NCBI GenBank assembly: GCA_965197925.1
Contig: CBDAOC010000002.1
Location: forward strand, 1-50,154
Direction: 5' to 3'
DNA from: Nitrososphaerales archaeon
Lineage (GTDB): Archaea > Thermoproteota > Nitrososphaeria > Nitrososphaerales > UBA213
DNA: 50,154 bases
Part shown: one piece after another, positions 37,048 to 46,600 of the stretch
Position numbering within the stretch: the stretch's first letter is position 1
Layout: every line of letters starts with the position of its first letter
The notes under the pieces: generated by a model
What the model was told of the DNA's origin: nothing
Seen by the model: the letters and a program-made list of their open reading frames with translations, nothing else
Database searches by the model: none
Translations under genes and position numbers: made by a program

Positions 37048-38054
37048 TTTGTGTCCTTCCTTTTAGTTATGAATTTATCTAACTCTTCAGGAGTCATAAT
37101 CTTTTTAGCTTCACTAGCTGTCATAAGACCTGTAACAAACTTCTCATTCTTTAAAGCTTCTTTTTTATTCTTCCAGACACTAACTTCTCTTGATGTCACT
37201 TTTTCAAGTTTGGTGATTGTACCATTTTCGTCTCTCTTTTTCAACTCATTTTCTATGCTCTTTACATGTTTTTTAATATCTAAACTCATCTGCCAAAGCT
37301 TAATAAAGTCATCCTCTGGGAGTTCTGACAATGGCACATTTAACTTTTTTTCGTGTAATACTATATCTTTATTCATATTTTTAGAATAGACAGGGCAGTT
37401 ATTTCTTTTGAAACATGAAGTACACTGAGGTCCTGGTTTAAAAAATTCAGGTTTTGGTTTTTCTTGGTGTTGATATTCTGAAACAGTGTTTTGAATCTCA
37501 TGGCCTATTTGGTTATACCAATTAAAACTGACTGCCCAAGTTTTAGGCTCATCTTTTTGAAAAACAACCATCCATGCTCCATTTATAATATCGATTTGAG
37601 TGTGTGCACTAAACAAAAGAAGATAACAAGCTAATTGACTGTTATATTTAGGACTTACATCATACTTTCCTGTCTTTAAATCAATAACAACTACAGTATT
37701 TTTGTCTTTGTCATGTATTAAACAATCAACAGTTCCAAAAAACTTACTACTAAAAGAAAATTTTTCCTCAACATATACCGTACCGTTTTTAGGTAGTATA
37801 CTCATGATGTAATCAGAGTAGTTAGAACTAGCTTCTTCACCCTGAATAGCTCGGTTTAATGCTTCCTCTTCCCTAGCATGAGCTTCTCTTCCTTTTAAAG
37901 CAGCGGGACCAGCTTCACTTTCTAAGTAAGCAAACCCTGGACACTCAAGCCAACCCTCTGACCCTGAAGGGGAAAATAAGGCATGTGCTGGAAGTCTATC
38001 TTCTTCAGGTTGGTCAAGAGAGACTACTTTTCCTTTTTTTATTCTATAAATCAT
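37023..38054 (-). CDS. DUF2800 / Cas4-like PD-(D/E)xK exonuclease
   Basis: HALFSPSGSEGWLECPG, FGTVD, IDLKTG, QLACY, PGPQCTSCFKRNNCP. Start moved to ATG 38054 after GGAGG. Confidence 0.9.
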   Translation of the reverse strand: MIYRIKKGKVVSLDQPEEDRLPAHALFSPSGSEGWLECPGFAYLESEAGPAALKGREAHAREEEALNRAIQGEEASSNYSDYIMSILPKNGTVYVEEKFSFSSKFFGTVDCLIHDKDKNTVVVIDLKTGKYDVSPKYNSQLACYLLLFSAHTQIDIINGAWMVVFQKDEPKTWAVSFNWYNQIGHEIQNTVSEYQHQEKPKPEFFKPGPQCTSCFKRNNCPVYSKNMNKDIVLHEKKLNVPLSELPEDDFIKLWQMSLDIKKHVKSIENELKKRDENGTITKLEKVTSREVSVWKNKKEALKNEKFVTGLMTASEAKKIMTPEELDKFITKRKDTKWVTKDQS

Positions 38055-38364
38055 GTCCCCTCCAAACAACTCCCTCGTCGTATGAATAAATATAACCTGA
38101 CTTCTCTTTCATTAACACATACTTAATCTCACTATATATTCCACAATAAATATTTAAGTATCTAAGGTAGTCTGGGTCATCTAAGTCAGATATCTTAAAG
38201 AAGTCTATCTCAGTGTCATATTTTTTTTCTATATGTTCAATAAATGCTTTTCTATGTTTTTCAAAGATTTTTTCTAACTTTAACAATGCCTCAGACACTT
38301 CACCATACGGCATGTGTTTATATTTCCAATCACCACAGATTTCTTTTTTTCTTTCTTTTTTCAT
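38044..38364 (-). CDS. Hypothetical protein
   Basis: AGGAG SD and ATGA overlap. Confidence 0.65.
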   Translation of the reverse strand: MKKERKKEICGDWKYKHMPYGEVSEALLKLEKIFEKHRKAFIEHIEKKYDTEIDFFKISDLDDPDYLRYLNIYCGIYSEIKYVLMKEKSGYIYSYDEGVVWRGHDL

Positions 38365-39473
38365 GACAAATACTCCTTTTTTCTTTTTTGAACAATATAA
38401 GCATGTTCATCTTTTAACAGAAAATAATTTATTTCAATAGAGGTATTTTCAGGACTACGAGCAAGGCGAAGGAAAGCCTGTCTGTCAGTCATTGGTGAAT
38501 AGGTAAGTTCAACAAAAAAACACTTACTTATTCCAGGAATATCGATTCCCTCACCACCTGCCGTAGTCGAAATAACTATAAACTCTTCTTTTGATTTAAG
38601 AAACTTATTAATCTCACGTTGTTTCTTAGTTGGTCCCATCCCTCCAATAATAGTTCTACACTTTAAATTCTTTCTTAAGATGTCTATGACTTCCTTATGG
38701 TGTGCAAATATAATTCCACGTCCTACAATTCTACCATCTTTATACATATCACAAAACTTCTTTACTTTTATTAAACCTACTTTTTTTCTATATATAGCAG
38801 TTTCCTCAAAAGAAGGAAGAGGTATTGTCACATCACGGTCTACATACATTTTAAAATTAAGCTTCAGTTGTCTTTCACTCTTTGCTATGACTGATACTTT
38901 ATCTAAAAGCTTTTTAAGGTCTTCTACATTGGTAGGGCGAGACTCAGTTACAAATGTTTTTCCTGGAATCCTAAAACCTCCACAAAAATAAATCTTATAA
39001 GCATCAAGACTCATCGTATGTGCTCCACAAAGTTTTAACTGTGTGTAAAGATCAGAAGGTCTGTGTTGTGTGGGAGTGGCGGAGAGAAGAAACAAATACT
39101 CTGACTTGCGAGCAACTCTTACGACCGCAGCAGTTCTTATTTTAGTACAATTTTTAATTTTATGTGATTCATCTACTATAAGCAAGTACCTTCCAGCATA
39201 TCTGATTAAACCTCTATACGTCTTTGGCACTTTAGCCCAACTTGTAACCATCGGCTCTTTCATATTAAGAGCTTTAGCAGTCTGTAAAAACTTCTGAGTA
39301 ACATTAGAAGGAGAGACAATTATTATGTTGTCAATCAAATCCTTTTCAAGTAAACCTTTACCAGCATATAAAGAAGTGATAGTTTTACCGAATCCACAAT
39401 CAGCCCGAAGCATACGCTTCTTACCTTTTATAAGTTCATTTGCTGCGTCTATTTGTTCTAGTCTTGGTTCCAC
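38361..39473 (-). CDS. SNF2-like DEAH superfamily 2 helicase
   Basis: DCGFGKT, IVDESH, LSATP, GEGID and QAFLRLAR motifs. Confidence 0.93.
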   Translation of the reverse strand: MEPRLEQIDAANELIKGKKRMLRADCGFGKTITSLYAGKGLLEKDLIDNIIIVSPSNVTQKFLQTAKALNMKEPMVTSWAKVPKTYRGLIRYAGRYLLIVDESHKIKNCTKIRTAAVVRVARKSEYLFLLSATPTQHRPSDLYTQLKLCGAHTMSLDAYKIYFCGGFRIPGKTFVTESRPTNVEDLKKLLDKVSVIAKSERQLKLNFKMYVDRDVTIPLPSFEETAIYRKKVGLIKVKKFCDMYKDGRIVGRGIIFAHHKEVIDILRKNLKCRTIIGGMGPTKKQREINKFLKSKEEFIVISTTAGGEGIDIPGISKCFFVELTYSPMTDRQAFLRLARSPENTSIEINYFLLKDEHAYIVQKRKKEYLS

Positions 39474-39478
39474 AAATC

Positions 39479-39712
39479 TTATCCTAACGTAATAACTAGC
39501 CTATCTTCTACAATATCGTCTATACCTATCGGGTAATCTTCATCTCCAACAAACCTAGACTGTCCACCTCTTTCACAGACAACAGCCAGATGTTTTTTTA
39601 AATAAAAGTCATCATTTAAGTTAACATAAGGACCGTATTCGTCATCTCGAACAGTTATAACCAAATCTTGATCGTATTTACTTAAAATTTTTATCAATTC
39701 TTTTATTTTCAC
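39479..39712 (-). CDS. Small conserved phage protein
   Basis: KIKELIKILSKYDQDLVI N-terminus. Start moved to GTG 39712 overlapping the primase stop. Confidence 0.65.
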   Translation of the reverse strand: MKIKELIKILSKYDQDLVITVRDDEYGPYVNLNDDFYLKKHLAVVCERGGQSRFVGDEDYPIGIDDIVEDRLVITLG

Positions 39713-42060
39713 TCTACTACTCCCTTTAAAGCGAATTTGAGACAATATCTTTTTTTATTTTTATCATTAAAAGAATAAGAAGATGGTCCTCTAAAGAACT
39801 TTGAGTTTTTAAGAACTCTCCTTAATCCCTCGGCTGTTATACCAGTCTCAAATTTAATCAAATTTAAAAACTGAGCAGCAAGCTTCGGTTCAATAAATAA
39901 AAAAGTCTTCTCCTTATTTGTTTTCATTCCAAATGATGCTAGGTTATCTAAGGTATCCATCACTCTAACATACGATCCATCTGAAAAATTACCATCTGTT
40001 ATTCTTGAACTGTATAACTTATTCATCACCTTGTCAAGTACATCTTGCGAATGTCCTATATAAAATGAAGAAAATAAATCCTGGTCCTTATCTCTTAAGT
40101 CATTAAAAAGTGAAAGACCTGCTTTAAAGTCGTTTTTATAAACTGCGTATCCACAAATAACACTTGCAACACCTTTAAACCTATGTCCCTTAAAATGCTT
40201 CACTGTCTCACTTAGAAATAAAGGAAGCCATTTTTTATAGAGATGGAAATTATTAAGAGCGTAGGTTATAAAACCCCTACACCTTCCCTCAAGACTCCTG
40301 AACACCGGCTCCACTTCTTTAAAAAATCTCTCCTTGTCTTTTGTGAGTATCTTTAAAAAGATTGTTCTCTCGTAGTCTTGTTCCTCTAATAATTCAACCC
40401 CATCAATACAACTAAGAATAGCTGAAAACCTAACTCTTTGTCTTATTACTCTTTGTTCCGCAGTTCCAAGCTTTATCGGAGCCTTACCCGTACAGGCTGT
40501 TCTTAACATCTCTAAAATCTCACGTGCATTTTTAGTGTGTTCCGTGCCCTTCTCTCCAAACTCATCTATAAACACAGGGCATGAGAAGTTCGCGGTGTCT
40601 TGTCTAAGTCCCGCAGGTGTGGTCTTCCCACCTTCCTGTGCTCTGTGGTTAATAAGCAGGTTTTCTTTGATCCAACTCGTAAGCCAACTCTTTCCAGCAG
40701 TAGAAGCATCTGACATAATCCACAGAGTAGGTCTAAAATCGATTGAGCCAGCGTATATGGACTGCATTAAGAACCCCAGTAGCATCTTACCATGTTCAGC
40801 TAAAGACCAATCACAGTCCATTATGACGGATTCTAGGGCAGTCTTATCAAATTCAGGGTCGGGAAGGTACTGTTGATGGGTAGATTGCTTTATTAAAAGG
40901 AAGTCATTATTTAACACTTCCTCGTAGGGAACAGGCTTAACCCCACCCTCTATTACTTCATACACCACATTTCCAGTATTAAAAAAGTGCCGTTTCTTAT
41001 ACTCCCAAAGCCCGACACCATACTCATGTTCACTCATATAATCACCAACCCGCACACACTCACTAAAGACCTTGTTTGCAAACACTTCCCGATCATATTT
41101 TTTAAGTGCCTCCCAGCCTGAAGGCTTATAACAGACCCTTAGTGTGTCATTTAATTTATCCGGTTTGATTTTATGAACTGAACAAGTAATTTTAGAATAT
41201 ATACACATGTGTAAATCTTCAATCCCTAAAGGCTTATACATCATACCCTTCTGTGTTATACTCGCTCCTGTTATTTGTAGCTTTACCTCTTTTAAGTTCT
41301 TATTTGCCAAATACTCATCTGCAAAGTCTTTTCCTTTATTTGGGAAGGTTACTTTTATGTGTTTATTTTTCTTTTGTAGATTGTTATAAAATTCTTTTGT
41401 ATCATTTTCACCCATAACATATATTAAATTAGCTTTAGGTATCTTATTTATTACAGCTTGCATATTACCACAGCCACCAACTTCCAATACATTTGCACTT
41501 TCAATAAGACGTGAGGCAACCAGACACTCTTTAAATCCTTCTCCTAATACCCACGTCTCATTTGATTCAGAAAATTTATGTGAATGAAACGATCCCTTCA
41601 TTATACTACCTTTAAGGCATTTTTTCTCAGGATACCACTTAGCTCCTAAAGGGGCGGGGTACAAATCAAAGTTAGTGTATGGGACTAAAATAGATTTTTT
41701 TACGACTCTCCAAGTATAATCATTGGGGATAAAATCTTCTAATCCTTTTATGTATGAATGAGTATCTTTCTTTCCACTCACTAAAAGCTTCTTTACATAT
41801 TGATAAATGCTCTCATAGTTTTTTTCTTCTTTAGTTACATTAAATGACTTAAAAACATCTTTATTGTCTATCTTAAATGTTTTTGTTTTGTCTTCTTTTC
41901 TGTCATATATTTTAACTTCTTCTTTTTCAGGTGATATAAAGAGTCCAAAGCGAGAAGATTCAGGGTTATTAACTCGAATGAGAGTAAACCAAGCTCCGCC
42001 CTCTTTCTTATACCCTCTAACTGGTTCTCCTAAATAGTTCTCAATCATATTTTTTAGCAT
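39709..42060 (-). CDS. TOPRIM primase fused to P-loop helicase
   Basis: VLGEGFKEC, MGEND, KDFADEY (TOPRIM); SDASTAGKS and VFIDEF (Walker A/B); RFSAILS. Confidence 0.85.
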   Translation of the reverse strand: MLKNMIENYLGEPVRGYKKEGGAWFTLIRVNNPESSRFGLFISPEKEEVKIYDRKEDKTKTFKIDNKDVFKSFNVTKEEKNYESIYQYVKKLLVSGKKDTHSYIKGLEDFIPNDYTWRVVKKSILVPYTNFDLYPAPLGAKWYPEKKCLKGSIMKGSFHSHKFSESNETWVLGEGFKECLVASRLIESANVLEVGGCGNMQAVINKIPKANLIYVMGENDTKEFYNNLQKKNKHIKVTFPNKGKDFADEYLANKNLKEVKLQITGASITQKGMMYKPLGIEDLHMCIYSKITCSVHKIKPDKLNDTLRVCYKPSGWEALKKYDREVFANKVFSECVRVGDYMSEHEYGVGLWEYKKRHFFNTGNVVYEVIEGGVKPVPYEEVLNNDFLLIKQSTHQQYLPDPEFDKTALESVIMDCDWSLAEHGKMLLGFLMQSIYAGSIDFRPTLWIMSDASTAGKSWLTSWIKENLLINHRAQEGGKTTPAGLRQDTANFSCPVFIDEFGEKGTEHTKNAREILEMLRTACTGKAPIKLGTAEQRVIRQRVRFSAILSCIDGVELLEEQDYERTIFLKILTKDKERFFKEVEPVFRSLEGRCRGFITYALNNFHLYKKWLPLFLSETVKHFKGHRFKGVASVICGYAVYKNDFKAGLSLFNDLRDKDQDLFSSFYIGHSQDVLDKVMNKLYSSRITDGNFSDGSYVRVMDTLDNLASFGMKTNKEKTFLFIEPKLAAQFLNLIKFETGITAEGLRRVLKNSKFFRGPSSYSFNDKNKKRYCLKFALKGVVE

Positions 42061-42283
42061 TTATCGTCCTCTTCTCGTGTAAGCGTATTGAAAAACTAAG
42101 ACTATCCAGTTTTTCAGACCAAACCCCATTTTCAAAGTCATCATCCCCATTTTCTGCACATATACAGCAAAACACTAATCTAGTATTATAAAACAATCGA
42201 CTAACTGAATTGTCCATCCATCTACTATCAAAGTGATTCTTTTTATCTTTACAAATAAAAATCTTTTTTCCTTTCATTCTCAT
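42041..42283 (-). CDS. Hypothetical Cys-containing protein
   Basis: ATG 42283 with GGAGGT SD, ATGA overlap. Confidence 0.6.
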   Translation of the reverse strand: MRMKGKKIFICKDKKNHFDSRWMDNSVSRLFYNTRLVFCCICAENGDDDFENGVWSEKLDSLSFSIRLHEKRTINAKKYD

Positions 42284-42687
42284 ATCGTGTCTACCTCCTC
42301 CCACACTCCATAATCAAACTTATATAAAGCCCAGCCTTGTTTACCAGTTCGATAGCCCACCAGAGCTGCACTAGGGTCGTTTTGAATGAATTGCCATTGC
42401 TTCTTACTGAATAAAGAATCAACAGGCATTGAGCCTCCATGTTCTTTATACTTCACTTCAAAAAACTTTCCAGTCTTAAAGCAATAAAAGTCTGGTAATC
42501 CCTCACTATTCACTTTCTGAAGATCGAATTTACAATTAAATGTTTTAATAAGCCATTTTTTAAATTGACTCTCACGTGTTGATCCTGTCATATCTCTTAG
42601 CCCTCCTGTTTCTGGACATCTTCTCACTTTAATATCAAGCTCTGAAAACTCCGATACATCATAACCGTATTTATTTCTTTCTGTCAT
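42280..42687 (-). CDS. VRR-NUC / resolvase-like PD-(D/E)xK nuclease
   Basis: ESQFKK, GLPDF, FFEVK and SKKQWQF motifs. Confidence 0.85.
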   Translation of the reverse strand: MTERNKYGYDVSEFSELDIKVRRCPETGGLRDMTGSTRESQFKKWLIKTFNCKFDLQKVNSEGLPDFYCFKTGKFFEVKYKEHGGSMPVDSLFSKKQWQFIQNDPSAALVGYRTGKQGWALYKFDYGVWEEVDTI

Positions 42688-42910
42688 TCATTGCTATTTG
42701 TATAGTTTTATCGAAATGTCTTGACACACCTTTATTAAAACTAATGAACATTTCCCTACGTTTACGTCTTTTTAATTTCCTTGACTTCAATAACAATAAA
42801 ATCTCATTAAATTGCCAAGCCACCACACATCCAATTAAAGTAACAAGACCTATATAAAGCACAACCCCCACCAGACTAGCGATAAATTCAACGATCATTT
42901 TAATCCCCAT
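42671..42910 (-). CDS. Small membrane protein
   Basis: Long hydrophobic helix followed by a basic tail. Confidence 0.65.
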   Translation of the reverse strand: MGIKMIVEFIASLVGVVLYIGLVTLIGCVVAWQFNEILLLLKSRKLKRRKRREMFISFNKGVSRHFDKTIQIAMNDRKK

Positions 42911-43407
42911 TTGTTTGAATATGTTATAAAGTTATCGTGGAATCTTTTTGTAATTCTACCAGTTTGATCATAATCAAGCTTTCTTTCTTTAATTGGATTA
43001 ATCATTATATTCCATTTAATGTTATATTGTTCTAACAAGCTAAAAAACAAGTCTCCTGTAGACTCTATTAATAGACTGTACTCAACATCTAACTTAAAAT
43101 ACTTTACATACGATTCATATAAGCAGACAGGAGACAAGAACAAGCGGTCAAAGACTGTAGTAATACTCTCTTTTTGACTGGCTATTCTAACATATTCTAA
43201 GGATACGGTCAAGTCAGTGTTCAATTGATTAAGTATAGCAGCACCCTTTTCTTTCTGCTTTAAATTCCTTATACTATAGAATATGTCTTTTGACTGTCCA
43301 CGATTAAAGGGCTTTAATGCCTCTACCCAAGTCCTTATACAAATACTTTCAATCTCAAAGGTCTTCCCTGATCCCGAAACACCCTCATATATTATAATGT
43401 TACTCAT
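42895..43407 (-). CDS. P-loop nucleotide kinase (thymidylate-kinase-like)
   Basis: IIIYEGVSGSGKT and VFDRLFLS...Y. Confidence 0.75.
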   Translation of the reverse strand: MSNIIIYEGVSGSGKTFEIESICIRTWVEALKPFNRGQSKDIFYSIRNLKQKEKGAAILNQLNTDLTVSLEYVRIASQKESITTVFDRLFLSPVCLYESYVKYFKLDVEYSLLIESTGDLFFSLLEQYNIKWNIMINPIKERKLDYDQTGRITKRFHDNFITYSNKWGLK

Positions 43408-44261
43408 TTTATTCCCATTTCTAAAATATCTATCAGTTTATTAGCCATTGTTTTGTAGGCAGCATCAGCAACCCTAGCAGCAACCCTAGCAGCATCCCTA
43501 GCAGCAACCCTAGCAGCATCCCTAGCAGCAACCCTAGCAGCATCCCTAGCAGCAGCAGCAGCGTCCCAAAAAGCATCCCTAGCAGCAGCATCAGCAGCAG
43601 CATCAGCAGCATCCCTAGCAGCATCCCTAGCAGCATCCCTAGCAGCAGCCCTAGCAGCAGCATCAGCAGCATCAGCAGCAGCAGCGTCCCAAAAAGCATC
43701 CCTAGCAGCATCCCCAGCAGCAGCGTCCCAAAAAGCATCCCTAGCAGCATCCCCAGCATCCTCAGTAGCAGCATTCCTAGCAGCATCCCCAGCCCTAGCC
43801 CATTCTTTTTTACTAGGATTATCTCCATTAATCTTTCTTTTATAAAGATGAGCTACAGTTCTAATGTGTTTTTCATGTTTCCACTTAGATAGAGGCGAGT
43901 CATTTTCAGATAAAAGCCAATAAAGAAACTTATCAACTACCAAGTTTGTATCAGTTCCCTTTTTCAAAGCTCTAGTTCTTTTTAGAGGAAATTCTTTTGC
44001 ATCTTCTAAAGGCAGACCTTCAAATAATGCATCACATAAATATGCAAAACTTTCACTTATTCCAAAAAGCTGAGGCATTAAATTATGATTGTTTTCTTTC
44101 CCAGGTCTAAAATCATGAATGGTACAACCCACATCACAACCCTTAAATGTACCATTTGATCTTGAGTAAGAACCCTGTATAAAGGAATCTAACTTTTTGT
44201 GCTTTTCCAAAGACTTTATTAACCGACCTTTTGTTACTTCACAATCTACAAATGCTTTCAT
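43404..44261 (-). CDS. Ala-rich repeat protein, paralogue 2
   Basis: Same N-terminal domain as 35844-36647; tract of AARDA/AFWDA/AARVA repeats. Confidence 0.8.
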   Translation of the reverse strand: MKAFVDCEVTKGRLIKSLEKHKKLDSFIQGSYSRSNGTFKGCDVGCTIHDFRPGKENNHNLMPQLFGISESFAYLCDALFEGLPLEDAKEFPLKRTRALKKGTDTNLVVDKFLYWLLSENDSPLSKWKHEKHIRTVAHLYKRKINGDNPSKKEWARAGDAARNAATEDAGDAARDAFWDAAAGDAARDAFWDAAAADAADAAARAAARDAARDAARDAADAAADAAARDAFWDAAAAARDAARVAARDAARVAARDAARVAARVADAAYKTMANKLIDILEMGIK

Positions 44262-44830
44262 TTTATCTCCCTTGTTTTTGTTGTTAATACATTCATTACA
44301 TTAATATGTCCAGCATCAAAATAATATGAAAGCTTTTTTCCTACTGAAAACCCGTAAACAGGAGACCAATAGTCTCTATAATTGTTTCCTACGTTTACAA
44401 AGCCATAAAATACCATATTACTTTCAGTTTCCTTTGCACTTTCTACCATCTCTTGAGCATATTCCAGTCTAGTTGAATCGGCAGTGTGTCCACAGTACTT
44501 AGAATCTTCCACCTTTTTTAAGAATGTAATACTAAATCCACCGTTCTTTTTTAAAGCATTTTTTTTAATCCAAGCTTTTCCTTTATTACTTTGATGTGAA
44601 GTCAATTTAATAGGTTTACTATCTTCTAGATAGTCTAAAATCTCATTTATTTGACCATTATTTTCATTATTGTTTAGCCACCTTTTGACTCTTAATACTT
44701 CACCTTCTGGTAGTTCATAATTATTTGCTTCTAAAACCATCTTAATTCTATCTACTTGGCTAGTCTTTTTATTGTACTTTCCTTTTTCGTATACTGGGTA
44801 ACCAGTATTGTCTCTATTATATCCGTTCAT
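44258..44830 (-). CDS. Hypothetical early protein
   Basis: Start moved to ATG 44830, preceded by the conserved ACAAAAACAAAGGAG leader. Confidence 0.7.
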   Translation of the reverse strand: MNGYNRDNTGYPVYEKGKYNKKTSQVDRIKMVLEANNYELPEGEVLRVKRWLNNNENNGQINEILDYLEDSKPIKLTSHQSNKGKAWIKKNALKKNGGFSITFLKKVEDSKYCGHTADSTRLEYAQEMVESAKETESNMVFYGFVNVGNNYRDYWSPVYGFSVGKKLSYYFDAGHINVMNVLTTKTREIK

Positions 44831-44865
44831 TATTCTACTCCTTTGTTTTTGTTGTTTATACATTC

Positions 44866-44894
44866 ATTAAATACTTATTGTTTCTCTTAGTCAA
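44866..44894 (-). promoter_or_regulatory. Sigma70-type promoter TTGACT-N17-TTTAAT
   Basis: Hexamers at 44894-44889 and 44871-44866. Confidence 0.65.
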
Positions 44895-45090
44895 CCTTTA
44901 TTTCAGGCCCTCTCACATCCTCTTGAAACGATAAAGCGTCTTGTAATGCCAAGTCCTCATCTTCTATTCCTGTTTCTTTACACTCATCTGTCCTGTCCAA
45001 GTCGTCAATGAATCCAAAGAATGATTCATTATGTTCTATTGCGTCTTTCATGTCAATAAACGCTTGATCTAATATATTTGTACTGTTCAT
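44887..45090 (-). CDS. Small acidic early protein
   Basis: 67 aa, strongly Asp/Glu-rich, conserved leader upstream. Confidence 0.65.
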   Translation of the reverse strand: MNSTNILDQAFIDMKDAIEHNESFFGFIDDLDRTDECKETGIEDEDLALQDALSFQEDVRGPEIKVD

Positions 45091-45220
45091 TCTATTCCCC
45101 TTGTTTTTGTTTCAATTTTTTGTTCCTTTTTATTATACACACCAGGCTATTGGATGTTTCTTTCCTTTTTCAAATAACTGTATAAAGGAATAAGTCATAA
45201 ATACTTATTATTTCGCGGTG

Positions 45221-45652
45221 TCAAGCTTGTTTTGACTTATAAAATAAAATATCTTGGTTCTCTTCTATAATTTCTCCAATTTCTTTATGTGAGTAGCCAG
45301 TACCATCATTTAATTCAATTAAGGAATTTATATTATCACCATCATAATTTTTAATTAATTTACCTTTATATTTTAAAGGTTTTAAATCAAGAGTGTGTCC
45401 TGTAATTGAAAGCAGTTTTAAATAGTTTTTTTCTTCTTCTAGTAAAACACCATCATCTTTCATAACAAGTCTTTTATGTTCTGTATAATCTTCTGAATAA
45501 ATTTTAGCTTTCAACATTTCATCATAATGGATATGAATTGCGTGACCAAGGCAACATCTTTTATTTATATCATCAAAATTTTGTAATTCTTCTTTAGTTT
45601 TCTCTGGGTTTGTCTTAAGAAACTCAACCCATTTTTTAGCTCTTGTATTCAT
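45221..45652 (-). CDS. Conserved phage protein of unknown function (CCLG...LND motif)
   Basis: KKWVEFLK, RCCLGH and LIELNDGTGYSHKEIGEIIE pattern; first gene after the leftward promoter. Confidence 0.7.
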   Translation of the reverse strand: MNTRAKKWVEFLKTNPEKTKEELQNFDDINKRCCLGHAIHIHYDEMLKAKIYSEDYTEHKRLVMKDDGVLLEEEKNYLKLLSITGHTLDLKPLKYKGKLIKNYDGDNINSLIELNDGTGYSHKEIGEIIEENQDILFYKSKQA

Positions 45653-45686
45653 AATTTACTCCTTTGTTTTTGTTATTGTTAATAAT

Positions 45687-45715
45687 ACTATAAAACACTC
45701 CAAAACACTTGTCAA
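45687..45715 (-). promoter_or_regulatory. Leftward early promoter TTGACA-N17-TATAGT
   Basis: Hexamers at 45715-45710 and 45692-45687. Confidence 0.8.
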
Positions 45716-45723
45716 TAAAAAAA

Positions 45724-46360
45724 GCAAGAAAATAAATCCAATGATATCCATATATTACAAATTTATCCTAATAAGTGTATGATATGATTGATCTTATTTG
45801 GCAAGAAAATAAAGCCAATGATTGTGCATACTTATCAATTTAGCAATAATTTGCAATAATTTATTTTAGCGCTAAGTTGCGGTAATCATTAGAGAAACCC
45901 TAAAAAGTGCCAATTTTGCAATAATTAAAAAGTTGCGCAGAATGTATATATATATGTATATGTAGATATAAAATTGCATATATGTCCCTGAAACGACCAT
46001 AATATGTTATCTTACTTATATATATATATATTATTGTATATTGAGTGTTTTTATATACAACTATACATTATCACTAAGAAATTTTAGCAATTTAAAAGCA
46101 ATAAACACACAGGCAGCGTATTGCAACACTATTGCCAAATTCAAGCCCCATAGATTACTCACCCGCCCACATCCCATGAACACCGCGCCTTAGCAACAAT
46201 TTACAATATGCCCCCGTATGCCACCATACTCGCGCTTCCCCGCGTTCCGCGGTGTTAAAAGACGTGAGCGATTAGCGAACATCCTTATCTCTTGCATTTC
46301 TGGAAGAGGGGCATCCCTTAGGGGTTTTAGGAACTTTATATTTACTTGACAAGCCCCCCG
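45724..46360. other. Divergent non-coding control region, candidate origin or packaging end
   Basis: Longest intergenic region; direct repeats, GCAATAA-like words, (TA)n runs and an adjacent GC-rich patch. Confidence 0.5.
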
Positions 46361-46374
46361 ACTTAGGGTAGTTT
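46346..46374 (+). promoter_or_regulatory. Rightward promoter TTGACA-N17-TAGTTT
   Basis: Hexamers at 46346-46351 and 46369-46374, followed by AAGGAGGT SD. Confidence 0.65.
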
Positions 46375-46393
46375 CCTATAAAAAGGAGGTAAA

Positions 46394-46597
46394 GTGGGCA
46401 AAGAGAATAAAAAAGAAGTTAAAATCACAAGCGGTTTGGGATTTGGCAGTGTTCTGTTTATTACATTTATGGTGTTAAAGCTAACAAATGTGATTAATTG
46501 GAGTTGGTGGTGGGTCACAGCACCTTTATGGATTCCTGTGGCGATTGTAGTTTCAATTCTTATAATTATAGGAATTGTTATAGCATTTAAGGAGTAA
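46394..46597 (+). CDS. Two-helix membrane protein common in phages
   Basis: LFITFMVLKLTNVINWSWWWVTAPLWIP signature. Confidence 0.8.
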   Translation: MGKENKKEVKITSGLGFGSVLFITFMVLKLTNVINWSWWWVTAPLWIPVAIVVSILIIIGIVIAFKE

Positions 46598-46600
46598 GAT

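Noticed and set aside
37023..38054. Cas4-like gene as part of a CRISPR-Cas system
   Set aside because: It is the ordinary DUF2800 nuclease of this replication module; no array or other cas genes.
35844..44261. Paralogue pair as a diversity-generating retroelement template/variable repeat
   Set aside because: No reverse transcriptase is visible, differences are not limited to adenines and include a 9-bp indel, and both copies are intact genes.
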